Source of the DNA: a virus
DNA: 64,000 nucleotides
IMG/VR virus record: IMGVR_UViG_3300010371_000036
Span: 1 to 64,000 of that record
Direction: 5' to 3' (one strand)
The notes beneath the pieces were generated by a model. It was not told the origin of the DNA. It saw only the letters and a list, made by a program, of their open reading frames with translations, and searched no databases. A program made the position numbers and the translations under genes. Below, in pieces: positions 26,005 through 36,097 of this stretch. Position 1 is the stretch's first letter; every line of letters begins with the position of its first letter.

Positions 26005-27363
26005 CTACTTCCTCATCGTCTCGAGGAGCGTCCGGAGACTCGCCGCCTTCGAGCTCCACTTCGAGACGAGGTCCTCGATAGTCGACTCGACGCCCTTCAG
26101 CTTGTGGCGCGTCATCTCCTGGGCGTGCCACTCGTCGGGGTAGAGCTCGCCCATCCGCGTCGTCACGTCGGCGTCGGTGATCATCTTCTTCCGGTCACCC
26201 GCCTTCTTCTCCACCTCGAGCTCCGCGGACGCCCGCTCGCGCATCACGGCGCGGGTCCGGTCGGCGTCGCGCTCCCAGGCCGCTCTCTCAAGCTTCGCGC
26301 CGAGGAGGAGGAGGTGAGCCCGGCGCCCGCGCTTCTCCGCCTTGTCGAGGTGCTCGCGGATTGTCGCGTAGTCCCCGCGCTGCTCGCCCACCTCGAGGTT
26401 CTCCTCGAGGTCCCGGTAGTCGCGGAACGCGTCGACCGCGTAGACCGTCTCGACGATCCGCTGGTAGTCCGGGGAGATCTTCCCGCCGGTCGCCGAGGCC
26501 CAGAGCGGGGGGTGGCTCGCGGCCACTCGCGGCTCCATGTCGACGAACGACTCCTCCGACGGCTTCTTCACGCCGCGGAGCGGGACCTCGGCGGGGGGCG
26601 TCCACGGGTTCTCGGGCGCGGGGATCTCCGCGAGCGCGCCGGCGATAGCCGTCTCCTGGACTCCCGGCCCGGCGCCGATCTGCCGGCGGCGCTCGACGTC
26701 CCGGATCGCCGCGCCGACGAGCCGCGACTTATCCGGGCAGAGCCCCCCGCAGACCTGGCACCCCTCCTCGTCGGCGCCGTTGACGAGCGAGCAGTTGTTG
26801 ATGTCGCCCGACGGCGTCCGCTCGTACCCGAGGCGGGCCTTCGTCGCCGGGAGGGGCTCGCTCCCTGGAGCGATGACCGTCCCATGCTCCGCCGTCATGA
26901 CGACCTGCGGAAGCACAACGCTATTCAGGTACGGGAGGAGGAAGTCCGGCGTCGGCTTCGGCGGGTCGGTGTAGTCCTCGAGCCACGCCCGGGCCTGGAG
27001 CCGCTGGACGAGCGGCCACTTCGAGACGTCGGAGATCCCGACGCGGAACCCGGCACTCGCGAGCGCGAAGGCGAGGTCCTTGAACGGCATCTCCCCCGCC
27101 TCGGTCGGCCCGTCGTACGGGTTCATCGTCTTACGCGTCAGCTCCGCGACGCGGGCCTTCCTCGCCGCCTCCTCCCTCGCCCGATCCTCCGCCGTCTCGG
27201 GCGGCGGGATCTCGAACGCGAACGGGTCGAGCGGCGCGGGGTCGGCGAGGAGGCCGACGGGCGTCATGGGCGCGGCCGCCGGCGCGGGATCGGTCGGAGG
27301 CGTCGGTTTCGTGAGCGACGCCGCCAGCTCGGCGCCGAGTTCGTTCTTGGGTCGTCTTGCCAT
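26005..27363 (-). CDS. hypothetical protein with a UvsY-like C-terminal region
   Basis: Helical C-terminus ITDADV...KWSSKAASL reminiscent of recombination mediators; genomic context. Confidence 0.55.
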   Translation of the reverse strand: MARRPKNELGAELAASLTKPTPPTDPAPAAAPMTPVGLLADPAPLDPFAFEIPPPETAEDRAREEAARKARVAELTRKTMNPYDGPTEAGEMPFKDLAFALASAGFRVGISDVSKWPLVQRLQARAWLEDYTDPPKPTPDFLLPYLNSVVLPQVVMTAEHGTVIAPGSEPLPATKARLGYERTPSGDINNCSLVNGADEEGCQVCGGLCPDKSRLVGAAIRDVERRRQIGAGPGVQETAIAGALAEIPAPENPWTPPAEVPLRGVKKPSEESFVDMEPRVAASHPPLWASATGGKISPDYQRIVETVYAVDAFRDYRDLEENLEVGEQRGDYATIREHLDKAEKRGRRAHLLLLGAKLERAAWERDADRTRAVMRERASAELEVEKKAGDRKKMITDADVTTRMGELYPDEWHAQEMTRHKLKGVESTIEDLVSKWSSKAASLRTLLETMRK

Positions 27364-27398
27364 GGTCCCTCCGGAGATGCCGCGCCCCCCGCGACGCG

Positions 27399-27435
27399 AA
27401 AAGGCCCGCCTCCCGGGGTGAGCGGGAGGCGGGCC
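27399..27435 (-). terminator. intrinsic terminator
   Basis: 13-bp perfect stem GGCCCGCCTCCCG/CGGGAGGCGGGCC followed by TTTT on the minus strand. Confidence 0.75.
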
Positions 27436-27456
27436 GAGTCGGCGGTCACGCGGTCT

Positions 27457-27804
27457 TCAGGGCGTCGCGGGCGACGGCGCGGGAGCCGGAGGAGCCGGGT
27501 TCGCGGCGGGGTCCGCCGGCGTGTTCGCCACGACGGCCGCCGAGAGCGCGGTCGTCTCCGTATCGAGGGCGCTCGAGAGCGCCGTGAGCTGCGCCGGGTC
27601 GCCCGAGGCGATCGCCGCGTCGAGCTTCGCCTTCAGGCCGACGATGAGGAGCCGCGCCGACTCCTGCGCCGTGATCGAGGCCGCAACCTTCGCCTTGAGT
27701 TCGTCGAGTTCGGACATGATTGGTTTTCCCTGTTCGTAGATCTCGTCCAGGCGCAGCAAGATGCGCTCGAGGATCGAGAGTACCTGCTTCACCAGGATTC
27801 GCAT
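27457..27804 (-). CDS. hypothetical coiled-coil protein (MRILVKQ...)
   Basis: ATG 10 nt after CCGCGGCAT; Ala-rich helical sequence. Confidence 0.7.
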   Translation of the reverse strand: MRILVKQVLSILERILLRLDEIYEQGKPIMSELDELKAKVAASITAQESARLLIVGLKAKLDAAIASGDPAQLTALSSALDTETTALSAAVVANTPADPAANPAPPAPAPSPATP

Positions 27805-27812
27805 GGCCGAGT

Positions 27813-30698
27813 CTATGCCGCGGGCGTGGAGCCGGCGATCGCGTTCGCGACGGCGCGACGGAGCTCCGGCGAGTCCGCGACCGCGACGTCGGTCTGGTGC
27901 GCCGCGACGACCTCGCCGCCGGGGCCGAGGATCCGGAGCTCGACCCGGCGCGGCCCGGGGTGGGCGAGGAGGACCGCCTTGACCGCCGGGAGCCTCGCCC
28001 GGAGGCTCCCGAGGACCTCGACGAGGAAGGGGCCGTCCGCCGGCGCGGGCGCGGCCTGGGCGACGGGAGGGGCCGCGAAGAGGTCCCCCTGACCCTCCGG
28101 CGCCGGGCGCGCCTTGCCGGACGGAACCCGGGTTCCGTCCGGCGCGAGCTCGAACGCGTTCGGCTTCCGCCGCCGGTCCGCCTTCGGCCGGACCCGGAGG
28201 AACCGGGCCCAGTCCCGGAGCCGGAGCTCCTCGACGCCCAGCCCCGGCTCCGCGGGGAACGCGGCCTCGAGGACGCGCTGGGTCGCCGGGTAGATCCGCT
28301 TCTCCCAGAGGTAGTAGCGGTCGCACTCCCCGGCGTAGTCGACGGCGGGGATCACCCTCATCGGCGAGACGTGCCCGTCGACGACGACGTACGGGACCTT
28401 GACGCCCTCGACCATCTGCTCGCCCCGCCCCCGGAGGATCTTCGCGACCTGGACGTGCGCCGAGTCGGCGGGCTCCTTGCCGTCCGGCCGCTGCTTCTTC
28501 GCCTTGTCGTACTCGCGGAGGCTCTTCGTCAGGCTCTGGGCGTTCGAGACGTCGTCGACCGGGAGCGGGTCCTCGAGGACGTGGCACCTCATCGCCTCGA
28601 TGAGCGGGACGAACGCGGCTGGGTCCTCGGAGCGCTCGAGCATCAGGAGGTCGATCACCTGCTTCTGGAGCCGGCGGGCGATCCGGTTCGTGTCGCCCCG
28701 CCGGTACTCGAGGCCGCGGATCTCCGGCTTGCCGCGCGCCGGCGGGATCGCGTCCCAGACCTTCCCGCAGTCCCGGCAGGTCATCGTCCGGACGTCGACG
28801 CGCCCGGGGCCGACCTTCCCGTCGCGCTCCGCGTCGCAGGAGCACGTCGCCGTCCCCTTGTAGAACGCGTAGACCGCGGCGTAGTTCTTCTTCGAGACGA
28901 GGACGAGCCGCTCGAAGCACTTCTCGTAGGCGAGCTCGATGAAGTTCTGCGCGCAGCCGACGCCCCGGACCGCCTCCGGGTAGAGGTCGACGTTGCACGA
29001 CCGGACGAACTCCTCGAGCCCCGCGAACGTGAGCTCCGGCGCCCCGGCGCGCTTCTCGAAGAACGCCGAGTCGGTATCCGAGTAGATGGCGAACATCCCC
29101 CGACCCTCCGACGCGTGGAGCGTCTTCTGGATCAGCCAGACGCCCGTCGTCGAGACGCTCTCGGCGACCCGGACGTCCGAGAACCGGGAGTGCGGGCTCC
29201 CGGCAATCCCGTAGAAGATGTTGACGACGACCTTGTACGCCGCCGAGAGCCGCCCGGCGGCGACCCACTCCGGGCTCCCCGGCGGGAGCGACGCCTGGAG
29301 CTTGGTGAAGTGCTTGCGGCGACCCTTCATCTCGGCGACGGCGCCGGAGAGGAGGCCGACAACGTCCTGCCGGAACCCGACCCCCGTCGCCGGCGCCCGG
29401 GCGCGCCCCGGGGGGACCGGACCGTTCACCGGCACCATCGGGTCGAGCGTCTCGGGGCTCATGTTCCACGTCTGGATGATCGACGGGTACATGCCGGAGA
29501 AGTCGACGACGTGGACGTTCTTCCGGATCCCCCGGACCTGGGGCTCGAGCACCCAGGCGCCGGCGAACTTCTTCCGGTCCGCGTCCGGGAAGGACCACGG
29601 CCGGTTCGGGAAGCGGATCCCGCGCTCGACGCCGACGCGCAGGAGCCAGCCGTCGACGAACGTGCTCGGCGTCGCCGAGTCGGTGTCCGAGAAGACGCGG
29701 CAGACCTCGCAGACGCTCGCGTTCAGCGCGAGGTAGCCGGTCGCCGCCTCGAGCTTCGGCAGGAGGAGCGCGTCCTTGTCGCAGTACGCCGCCATGCGCT
29801 CGCGCTCCGCGCCGCCCGCCTCCCACGCCTCCCAGGTCTTCCGGGCGTCGAAGTCGTCCTTCCCTTCGCCGAGGACCTCCTGCGCGACGAACCCGAGCGA
29901 ACGGGAGGTCTTCTCGTCGCCGCTCTCCGCCGCCGGCTTGTTCATCCGGTCGTAGACCTCGGCGAAGTCGATCCAGAGCCAGCGCCGCGGGTCCCGGATC
30001 CGCGCCCCGACCCGCTGCGCGCGGAGCGTGACGACCGGGAAGTCGAAGAGGTCCCCGAACCACGCCGCGACCTGGTCGAACCACTCGAGGGCCTCGAACA
30101 GGAGCTCGAGGAGCCGGCGCTCCGCCTCGTCCGTGTCCGCCGAGAGGACGCCGCGCGCGACCGTCATCGGCGCCGCCGCGAAGCGCGGGTTCGGCCCGGC
30201 GGAGAGCCGGCAGCCCCCGTCGACCGCGAGCGACCAGCAGAGGACGCGGGCCTTGCCCTGCCGCGCGACCGCCGGCTGCACGCGGCTGTCGGTCTCGATG
30301 TCGAGGTAGACCCGCCGCGGCGTCCCGACGAGCGCGCCCGTCTCGGAGAAGAAGCGCCGGATCGGATCGATGTCCGCCTCGAAGGTCTCGATCCCGAGCG
30401 AGTGAAAGAACCCGTCCCGCGCGTGCGCCTTCCGCCGCCACTCGTCCGAGGTCCAGCAAATCCGGTAAAACTCCCCCTCCTCGCGCACGCCGGCGACGAA
30501 CTCGCTCGCCTTCAGCTCCCGGAGGAGCTCCGCGGGGACGTCCCGCCGGCGGACGAAGGAGCTCCACTCCGCCGGGACGCGCCGCGCCATGCGCTGGTCC
30601 CGCGCGTCCCGGTAGAGGAGGAAGAGGTCCCTCCCCTCGACGATACCGTTGAGGAACCGCGGCTGCTCCGCGGCGGACGGAACCCGGGTTCCGTTCAC
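27813..30698 (-). CDS. polB: DNA polymerase, family B, with 3'-5' exonuclease
   Basis: YLDIETD, FDFP, YCDKDA (exonuclease); DFSGMYPS, KVVVNIFYG, YSDTDS, KKNY (polymerase). Confidence 0.95.
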   Translation of the reverse strand: MNGTRVPSAAEQPRFLNGIVEGRDLFLLYRDARDQRMARRVPAEWSSFVRRRDVPAELLRELKASEFVAGVREEGEFYRICWTSDEWRRKAHARDGFFHSLGIETFEADIDPIRRFFSETGALVGTPRRVYLDIETDSRVQPAVARQGKARVLCWSLAVDGGCRLSAGPNPRFAAAPMTVARGVLSADTDEAERRLLELLFEALEWFDQVAAWFGDLFDFPVVTLRAQRVGARIRDPRRWLWIDFAEVYDRMNKPAAESGDEKTSRSLGFVAQEVLGEGKDDFDARKTWEAWEAGGAERERMAAYCDKDALLLPKLEAATGYLALNASVCEVCRVFSDTDSATPSTFVDGWLLRVGVERGIRFPNRPWSFPDADRKKFAGAWVLEPQVRGIRKNVHVVDFSGMYPSIIQTWNMSPETLDPMVPVNGPVPPGRARAPATGVGFRQDVVGLLSGAVAEMKGRRKHFTKLQASLPPGSPEWVAAGRLSAAYKVVVNIFYGIAGSPHSRFSDVRVAESVSTTGVWLIQKTLHASEGRGMFAIYSDTDSAFFEKRAGAPELTFAGLEEFVRSCNVDLYPEAVRGVGCAQNFIELAYEKCFERLVLVSKKNYAAVYAFYKGTATCSCDAERDGKVGPGRVDVRTMTCRDCGKVWDAIPPARGKPEIRGLEYRRGDTNRIARRLQKQVIDLLMLERSEDPAAFVPLIEAMRCHVLEDPLPVDDVSNAQSLTKSLREYDKAKKQRPDGKEPADSAHVQVAKILRGRGEQMVEGVKVPYVVVDGHVSPMRVIPAVDYAGECDRYYLWEKRIYPATQRVLEAAFPAEPGLGVEELRLRDWARFLRVRPKADRRRKPNAFELAPDGTRVPSGKARPAPEGQGDLFAAPPVAQAAPAPADGPFLVEVLGSLRARLPAVKAVLLAHPGPRRVELRILGPGGEVVAAHQTDVAVADSPELRRAVANAIAGSTPAA
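28120..28139. repeat. 20-bp palindrome copy 6 (extends to 28 bp), in the PolB C-terminal linker (DGTRVPS)
   Basis: GCCGGACGGAACCCGGGTTCCGTCCGGC. Confidence 0.97.
30676..30695. repeat. 20-bp palindrome copy 7 (one end mismatch), immediately after the PolB start codon (NGTRVPS)
   Basis: GACGGAACCCGGGTTCCGTT. Confidence 0.95.
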
Positions 30699-30702
30699 GG
30701 AG

Positions 30703-31935
30703 CTACTTCACCGGCTCGACGCGCCGGACCTCGACGACCCCCTCGATGACGCCCTCCGCGTTCTTCCGGAGCGTCAGGAGGACCTCGGCGTCGTTCCCCG
30801 CGATCGGGAGGCGCGCCCACGGCGTCTCCGAGAACGTCTTCGCCTTCTTCGTCGGCTCCTCCCCCTTCTTCGCCGGCTTGTCGAAGAACGTCACCTTGTG
30901 CTTCCCCTCGACGAGGGCGAGCGTCACCTTCCCGGTCGTCTTCGGTTCGGGGCGCGGCGCCTTCGCCTTCGGCCCCGGCGGTCGACGCTCGCCCTCGCCG
31001 GGCTTGCGCCCCATGGCCTCGCGCTCGATCTCCCGGCGCGACGCGTTCCGGTTGATCATCTCCTGGACCTTCGGCCGCGCCTCCGGCGTCGCCTCGACGA
31101 GGAGCCGGAGCTTGGTCGTCGGGACCGCGAGGAAGGTCGCCTCGTCGAACTGGGCGTACATCTTCAGGAGGCTCCGCGCGTAGTTCGCGCTCATCCCGAG
31201 CTCGATCGCGGCGAAGGTCTCGAAGTTGCGGTAAGCGGCGCGCTCCTTCTTATCGAGCCGGGTCTTCCAGACGCCGGAGACCTCCCCCTCCGAGAGCTTC
31301 TTCGCGAGCATGTAGCCGGAGACGTTCGTCACGCTCTGGAGGCGCTTCACCTCCCAGACGAACTTGTCGATCGGCGAGAGCCCCTCCGGGACGACCTCCC
31401 CCGCCACCGGGAAGGCGAGGACGGGGGCGCCGGGAGTCTCCTTCACCTTCTCGCGCTTCGAGCCCTTGCCGCTCACCTGCGTCAGCTTCTGGTCCGGGAC
31501 CGGACTCGGGGGCGGCGGGGCGGCCTCCGGCTCCGGGATGACGACGGGCTCCGGCGGAGCCGCCTCAGCCTCGGCCTCAGCCTGGAGGGCGCTCTCGATC
31601 GCGTCCGCCTCCGCGTTCCGCGCCGGCGTGTCCCCTATGTCGTCCCCCTCGCCGACGCCGCAGAACGGGCAGACCTCGAGGTCGGAGGTCGAGTCGGCGC
31701 CGCAGTTATCGCAGCCGACGATCTTCACGCCGCCGGGGCGCTCCTCCTTCGGCTTGTCGGCGATCGCCTTGAAGTGCTTCACCAGCGCCTCGACGCGCTT
31801 CTTCAGCGAGTCGGAGCCGCCGACCTTGACCTTCGCCACCTCGAGCGTGTTCGAGACCGCCGCCGCGTCGATCTTCGACGCGGGGATCCCGCAGATGAGG
31901 TCGACCTTCGCCACCGTCGCCGCGTTCTTCGCCAT
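30703..31935 (-). CDS. putative DNA-binding protein with Zn finger and HTH-like segment
   Basis: CDNC...CPFC; YRNFETFAAIELGMSANYARSLLKMY; strong purine-rich RBS. Confidence 0.65.
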   Translation of the reverse strand: MAKNAATVAKVDLICGIPASKIDAAAVSNTLEVAKVKVGGSDSLKKRVEALVKHFKAIADKPKEERPGGVKIVGCDNCGADSTSDLEVCPFCGVGEGDDIGDTPARNAEADAIESALQAEAEAEAAPPEPVVIPEPEAAPPPPSPVPDQKLTQVSGKGSKREKVKETPGAPVLAFPVAGEVVPEGLSPIDKFVWEVKRLQSVTNVSGYMLAKKLSEGEVSGVWKTRLDKKERAAYRNFETFAAIELGMSANYARSLLKMYAQFDEATFLAVPTTKLRLLVEATPEARPKVQEMINRNASRREIEREAMGRKPGEGERRPPGPKAKAPRPEPKTTGKVTLALVEGKHKVTFFDKPAKKGEEPTKKAKTFSETPWARLPIAGNDAEVLLTLRKNAEGVIEGVVEVRRVEPVK

Positions 31936-31962
31936 GTGCTCTTCCTTCTCTTTCCGAGCGGA

Positions 31963-32625
31963 CTATGCCGCGCTCACGAATGACTGCACGACCTCGTCCA
32001 CCCTGGACCGGGCCTGCGCCAGGTTCTTCACGCCGAACATCGTCCGGAGCGTGAAGCTACCGCAGATCGTGTCCGCGACGGCGTCCGTGTCTCCCTCGAA
32101 GCTGCGGAGCCCCTGGATGACGATCGACTCCTCGCGCGTCTCCGACTCCTCCTCGGCGTAATCGTAGAACTCCGAGAGAGCGAAGTCCGACTCCTGCGCA
32201 GGCTGCGTCGGAGCGAAGTCGCACGGGTCGATCTCCGCGCCGTCTTCCCCCGAGGGCCGCGCGAAGCGCGAGAACGTCACCTCGGGCCGGCTGGGGCGCT
32301 TGCAGGGGTTGCCGTGCACGCCAGCGCCGCGAACCCGGTGAATCTCCCGCGTCGTCCGGTTGACCGCGTTCGGCACAATGTACCGCGTCGGCGGGACACC
32401 GTAGCTCGGGTCCCAGAGCTTCGAGTGGTGCACGACGAGGAGGAGGAACTCCTGCTCGACGTCCTCCCGCCCGGCGCTCGTCCCGAGCTTCTTCCGCCAG
32501 CGGCGGTAGATCCCCCCGGCGATCCGGTTCCAGTACGGCGCCGTCCTCCGGATGTACTCGTTCTCGCTCATCGCCCCCGCGTGGAGGGCCCGCACGCAAC
32601 CGTCGACATCGTCCCGCGTCATCAT
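31963..32625 (-). CDS. phage sigma-70-like factor (region 2-like)
   Basis: REDVEQEFLLLVVHHSKLWDPSYGVPPTRYIV resembles region 2 (eDLxQE...FDPxxG..FxtY). Confidence 0.55.
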   Translation of the reverse strand: MMTRDDVDGCVRALHAGAMSENEYIRRTAPYWNRIAGGIYRRWRKKLGTSAGREDVEQEFLLLVVHHSKLWDPSYGVPPTRYIVPNAVNRTTREIHRVRGAGVHGNPCKRPSRPEVTFSRFARPSGEDGAEIDPCDFAPTQPAQESDFALSEFYDYAEEESETREESIVIQGLRSFEGDTDAVADTICGSFTLRTMFGVKNLAQARSRVDEVVQSFVSAA

Positions 32626-32690
32626 CGGCTTTTCACTCCCGCCCCCGCGCAGGGGGCCTTCCCGAACCCGTACCCGTCTTGATAGAGACT

Positions 32691-32734
32691 CCCCCCGGGT
32701 TCGCCGCCTCGGGGAGAGGGGCGAACCCGGGGGG
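32691..32734. other. 15-bp-stem hairpin after uvrD whose arms contain the CCCGGG(TTC) core of the dispersed palindrome
   Basis: CCCCCCGGGTTCGCC...GGCGAACCCGGGGGG; no clear U-tract. Confidence 0.6.
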
Positions 32735-32740
32735 CCAACG

Positions 32741-35700
32741 TCAGCGAAGCCCGAACGCCTTCGCGGCGCGCACCGGGTCGAACACCGCCACCTCCGCCCC
32801 GCCGGCGAGGAGGCGGTCCTCCTCCGTGATGACGGAACCCGGGTTCCGTCCGGCCGCGAACGCGTCGAGTTCGACCGCATCGGCGACCCGCGTCGCTTCC
32901 GCGATCGCGTCGATCGCCGCATAGTCCCCCCACCCGGCCGCGGAGAGCGCAGCCTGGATCTCGTCCTCGGCGTCCGCCTGCTCCCGGTCCGCCTCCGCCT
33001 GGAGGACCCCCGGGAAGACGCTGAGGAAGGGGCTCCGCTCGACCGGGCGGACGCCCGTGCGCGTCGCCATCTCGTTCACGTAGGAGACGACGAGGTGGTC
33101 GCGGGCGCGGGTCGCCGCGACGTACATCAGGCGGCGCTCCTCCTCGAGGTCCCCCTTCGCGTGCGGGAGGATCGTGTCGTTGCAGCCGACGACCCAGACG
33201 ACCGGCCACTCGAGGCCCTTCGACTTGTGGACCGACATCATCGTGACGCACCTATCGCCGCGCTTGCGCTTGTTCAGCTCCGCCTCCCGGACCTGGACCT
33301 CGACGAAGTCGAGGAACTCCGGGACGGACTCGAAGGAGCCGGCGACGCGCTGGAGCTCCCGGACGTTCGCGCCGTGGCTCCCCTCGATCGACTCCTCGCC
33401 CTCCTCCTTCTCGAGCCACGCGACGTAGTTCGTCCGCCGGACGAGCCGGTCGAGGACCTCCGCCGCCGTCGCCTTCCGCGTCCGCTTCGGGAAGACGCAC
33501 TCGTGCTCGACGCAGCCGCAGCAACCGGACTCGCAGCCGCAGACCGAGCAGGCGGGCGGGGGCTGGTCCGGCAGGGTCTCGCCGACCGGTAGCCCGTTCT
33601 CGACGAGGTCGGAGACCATCTCGAGGAGCTCGACCCACTCCCGGACGCTCTCCCTCTGCCGCTGCTGGATCCCCGCCTGCTGCGCGGCGATCTTCGTCAC
33701 GTCGGTCCAGGGGAGCGCCGCGCCGTACTGCTCGCGGACGGCCATCACCTTCTCGACGAACCGCGCGCCGAGGAACCGGAACGGCGCGTTGATGCAGCGC
33801 TTGACCGCGTCGCCGTCCTTGTCGCGCCCCGTCGCGAGCCGGAGGTACGCGAGGAGGTCCTTCACCTCCTTGCGCTCGTAGAAGTTCACGCCGCCGATGA
33901 GCACGTAGGGGATCTTCGCGCGGAGGAGCGCCTCCTCGAGGGCGCGGCTCTGGGCGTTCAGCCGGAAGAGGGCCGTCACGTCGGCGAGGGACGCCCCCTC
34001 CGCCTGCCGGCGCCGGCAGAACTCGACGAGCTCCTCGGCCTCGTCGTCGAGCGTGTCCGCATTGACGACTTCGACCCGGCCCTCGACCCCGCGCTCGGCG
34101 CTCATGTCCTCCGGGAGCCGGTGCTTGCCCTGCCGGATGACGTCGTTCGCCACGCGAACGATCGCGTCGCCGGAGCGGTAGTTCCGCTTCATCGTCACGA
34201 TCTTCGCGCCCGGCCACGCCGTCGCGAAGTCGGTGAGGTACTTCGGGTCGCTCCCCCGGAAGGCGAAGATCGACTGCCCCGGGTCGCCGACGATCATGTA
34301 GTTCCGGTGGTCGCGGGCGAGGAAGGACGCGATCATGATCTGGATCGGGTTCGCGTCCTGCGCCTCGTCCTGGAGCACGTAGTCGAACTTCGCCGCCCAG
34401 CTCGCGCGCACGTCCTCGCGCTCGGAGAAGAGGCGGACGACGTACATCAGCATGTTGTCGAACGTGAGGAGCTGCGCCCCCTCGATGAGCTCCTCCGACT
34501 TCGCGTAGACGTTCACGGCCTTCTGGGCCGCCGGGCCGAACTTCCTCCGCGCGAGCTCGAGGGCCCGCGGGTCCGAGGGCCAGAAGTAGTTCGCCTTACA
34601 GACCGTGATGAAGGACCGGACCTTCGTCGCGTCCATGCCCTTCCAGTTCTCGTACTCGTAACCGCCGGCGCGCTTGACGAGGGTCTCTGCCTGCTTCTTC
34701 TCGTCGACCTTCCAGCGACCGTACGGCGTCCCCTCCTCGCGGAGGACGCGGGAACAGAACGCGTGCCACGTCTTCACCTCGGCGCCGCCGACGCCGAGCT
34801 GGCGGATCCGCGCGTCCATCTCGGCGGCGCCCGGGCGGGAGAAGGTCACGCAGAAGATCCGGTCGGCGGAGACGCCGACGTGCTCGATCAGGCGGACGAC
34901 CCGGTGGACCAGGGCGCGCGTCTTCCCACTGTTGTGCGTCACCGTGAAGTCGCCGAGGAGGTAGCGCTGATCGCCGTCGAGCTGAAAGCCGTAGTAGTCC
35001 TCGACGCCGAGAGTCTCGAGCGAGAACCCGGTCCGGAGGACGTTCTTCACCTGCCGGCGCGGGCCCGCCTTCTTCCGCGGGATCCGGCAGGGGATCTGCT
35101 CGACCTCGCCGGAGATGCTCACGCGCCAGTACGTCCCGCCCTGACCGTTCTGGTCCCACTTCTCGCACGGCGAGACGTACGCCGCGAGACCGAGACTCCG
35201 GGCGACGAAGGCGACGCCATGCGCGAGGTCCGGCGACTTCGAGATGAAGTCGTAGCACCCACCCGAGAGGCTCCCGTCCGTATCGAGGATCCCGGCGAGG
35301 AGTCGGATCCGCGCCGCCGAGCACGCCGTCAGGTACGCCTCCGGAATGAAGCGCGTCCCGCTCGTCGTCCCGAAGAGACCGAGGCGGCGGAGCGCCATCA
35401 CGAGCGCGTTATGGTGTCGAGCCTTCCCCTTGTTCGACCCGGCCGAGAGGCAGTAGGTCGCGCTCGTCCCCTCGCCGTCCTTCCGGACGGCCAGACCGAA
35501 GACCCCCGCCTGGCGGTAGACCTCGTCGACGATCTCCTGGTCCGGCTTCGAGACGCCGACCGAGCACTGCATCGTCCCGTCGCCGAGGAGGACGCCGAGG
35601 AAGTACGGGTCGATCGGGAGCTCCCAGCCGGAGCCGCGATCGAACTCGACGCGACTCGCGCGGAGGAGCTTCCACTCCTTCCGCTTCGGGAGTGACCCGA

Positions 35701-36097
35701 CGTCGCGGACCTCGACGTCGCGAACCTCACCGCTCACCGAGTGGACGACCGTCAGGAGGTGCCCCGCGTTCACGACGAACGGAGCGCCCTTCACCGGGAC
35801 GACCCGGACCATCCGCTCGCGACCCCGCGCGAGGGCGAGGACCCGGCGCGGCTTGCTGTCCGGCCCGAGGAGGAGATCCCCGACGCGAACGTCCTCGACG
35901 GCGCGGCGGGTCCCATCCAGCATCAGGACGAGCTGTCCCGCGCGATGGCAGCCCGCACCGGCGTAGACGCCGATCGGCCCGCCCTCGTGGCGGATCACCT
36001 CGAGCTGCTCGGCGTTCATGTTCCGCTCCCAGACCGGGAGCTCGTCGCCGGGGGCGGGGAGGAGGACCTGCGCCGAGGCGCGCTCGCGACGGGCCAT
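32741..36097 (-). CDS. uvrD: UvrD/PcrA-like SF1 helicase containing an intein
   Basis: MNAEQ, AGAG|SGKT, VTFS, TWHAF, QDEAQD, VGDPGQSIFAFRG, NYRS, SVHKSKGLEW, EERRLMYVAATRA. Confidence 0.95.
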   Translation of the reverse strand: MARRERASAQVLLPAPGDELPVWERNMNAEQLEVIRHEGGPIGVYAGAGCHRAGQLVLMLDGTRRAVEDVRVGDLLLGPDSKPRRVLALARGRERMVRVVPVKGAPFVVNAGHLLTVVHSVSGEVRDVEVRDVGSLPKRKEWKLLRASRVEFDRGSGWELPIDPYFLGVLLGDGTMQCSVGVSKPDQEIVDEVYRQAGVFGLAVRKDGEGTSATYCLSAGSNKGKARHHNALVMALRRLGLFGTTSGTRFIPEAYLTACSAARIRLLAGILDTDGSLSGGCYDFISKSPDLAHGVAFVARSLGLAAYVSPCEKWDQNGQGGTYWRVSISGEVEQIPCRIPRKKAGPRRQVKNVLRTGFSLETLGVEDYYGFQLDGDQRYLLGDFTVTHNSGKTRALVHRVVRLIEHVGVSADRIFCVTFSRPGAAEMDARIRQLGVGGAEVKTWHAFCSRVLREEGTPYGRWKVDEKKQAETLVKRAGGYEYENWKGMDATKVRSFITVCKANYFWPSDPRALELARRKFGPAAQKAVNVYAKSEELIEGAQLLTFDNMLMYVVRLFSEREDVRASWAAKFDYVLQDEAQDANPIQIMIASFLARDHRNYMIVGDPGQSIFAFRGSDPKYLTDFATAWPGAKIVTMKRNYRSGDAIVRVANDVIRQGKHRLPEDMSAERGVEGRVEVVNADTLDDEAEELVEFCRRRQAEGASLADVTALFRLNAQSRALEEALLRAKIPYVLIGGVNFYERKEVKDLLAYLRLATGRDKDGDAVKRCINAPFRFLGARFVEKVMAVREQYGAALPWTDVTKIAAQQAGIQQRQRESVREWVELLEMVSDLVENGLPVGETLPDQPPPACSVCGCESGCCGCVEHECVFPKRTRKATAAEVLDRLVRRTNYVAWLEKEEGEESIEGSHGANVRELQRVAGSFESVPEFLDFVEVQVREAELNKRKRGDRCVTMMSVHKSKGLEWPVVWVVGCNDTILPHAKGDLEEERRLMYVAATRARDHLVVSYVNEMATRTGVRPVERSPFLSVFPGVLQAEADREQADAEDEIQAALSAAGWGDYAAIDAIAEATRVADAVELDAFAAGRNPGSVITEEDRLLAGGAEVAVFDPVRAAKAFGLR
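32831..32850. repeat. 20-bp palindrome copy 8, in the UvrD C-terminal tail (GRNPGSV)
   Basis: GACGGAACCCGGGTTCCGTC. Confidence 0.97.
34931..35950 (-). mobile_element. intein (340 aa) with LAGLIDADG homing endonuclease, in UvrD Walker A
   Basis: Starts CHRAGQ, ends VTHN before Ser; PYFLGVLLGDG and LLAGILDTDG motifs. Confidence 0.93.

Noticed and set aside
27457-30567. ORF-track fusions and 5' extensions (27457-30567, 2740-6336, 1410-3050, 13162-15402, 55803-59879)
   Set aside because: The N-terminal parts are off-frame readings of the upstream genes; true starts were reassigned at coupled GTG/ATG codons.
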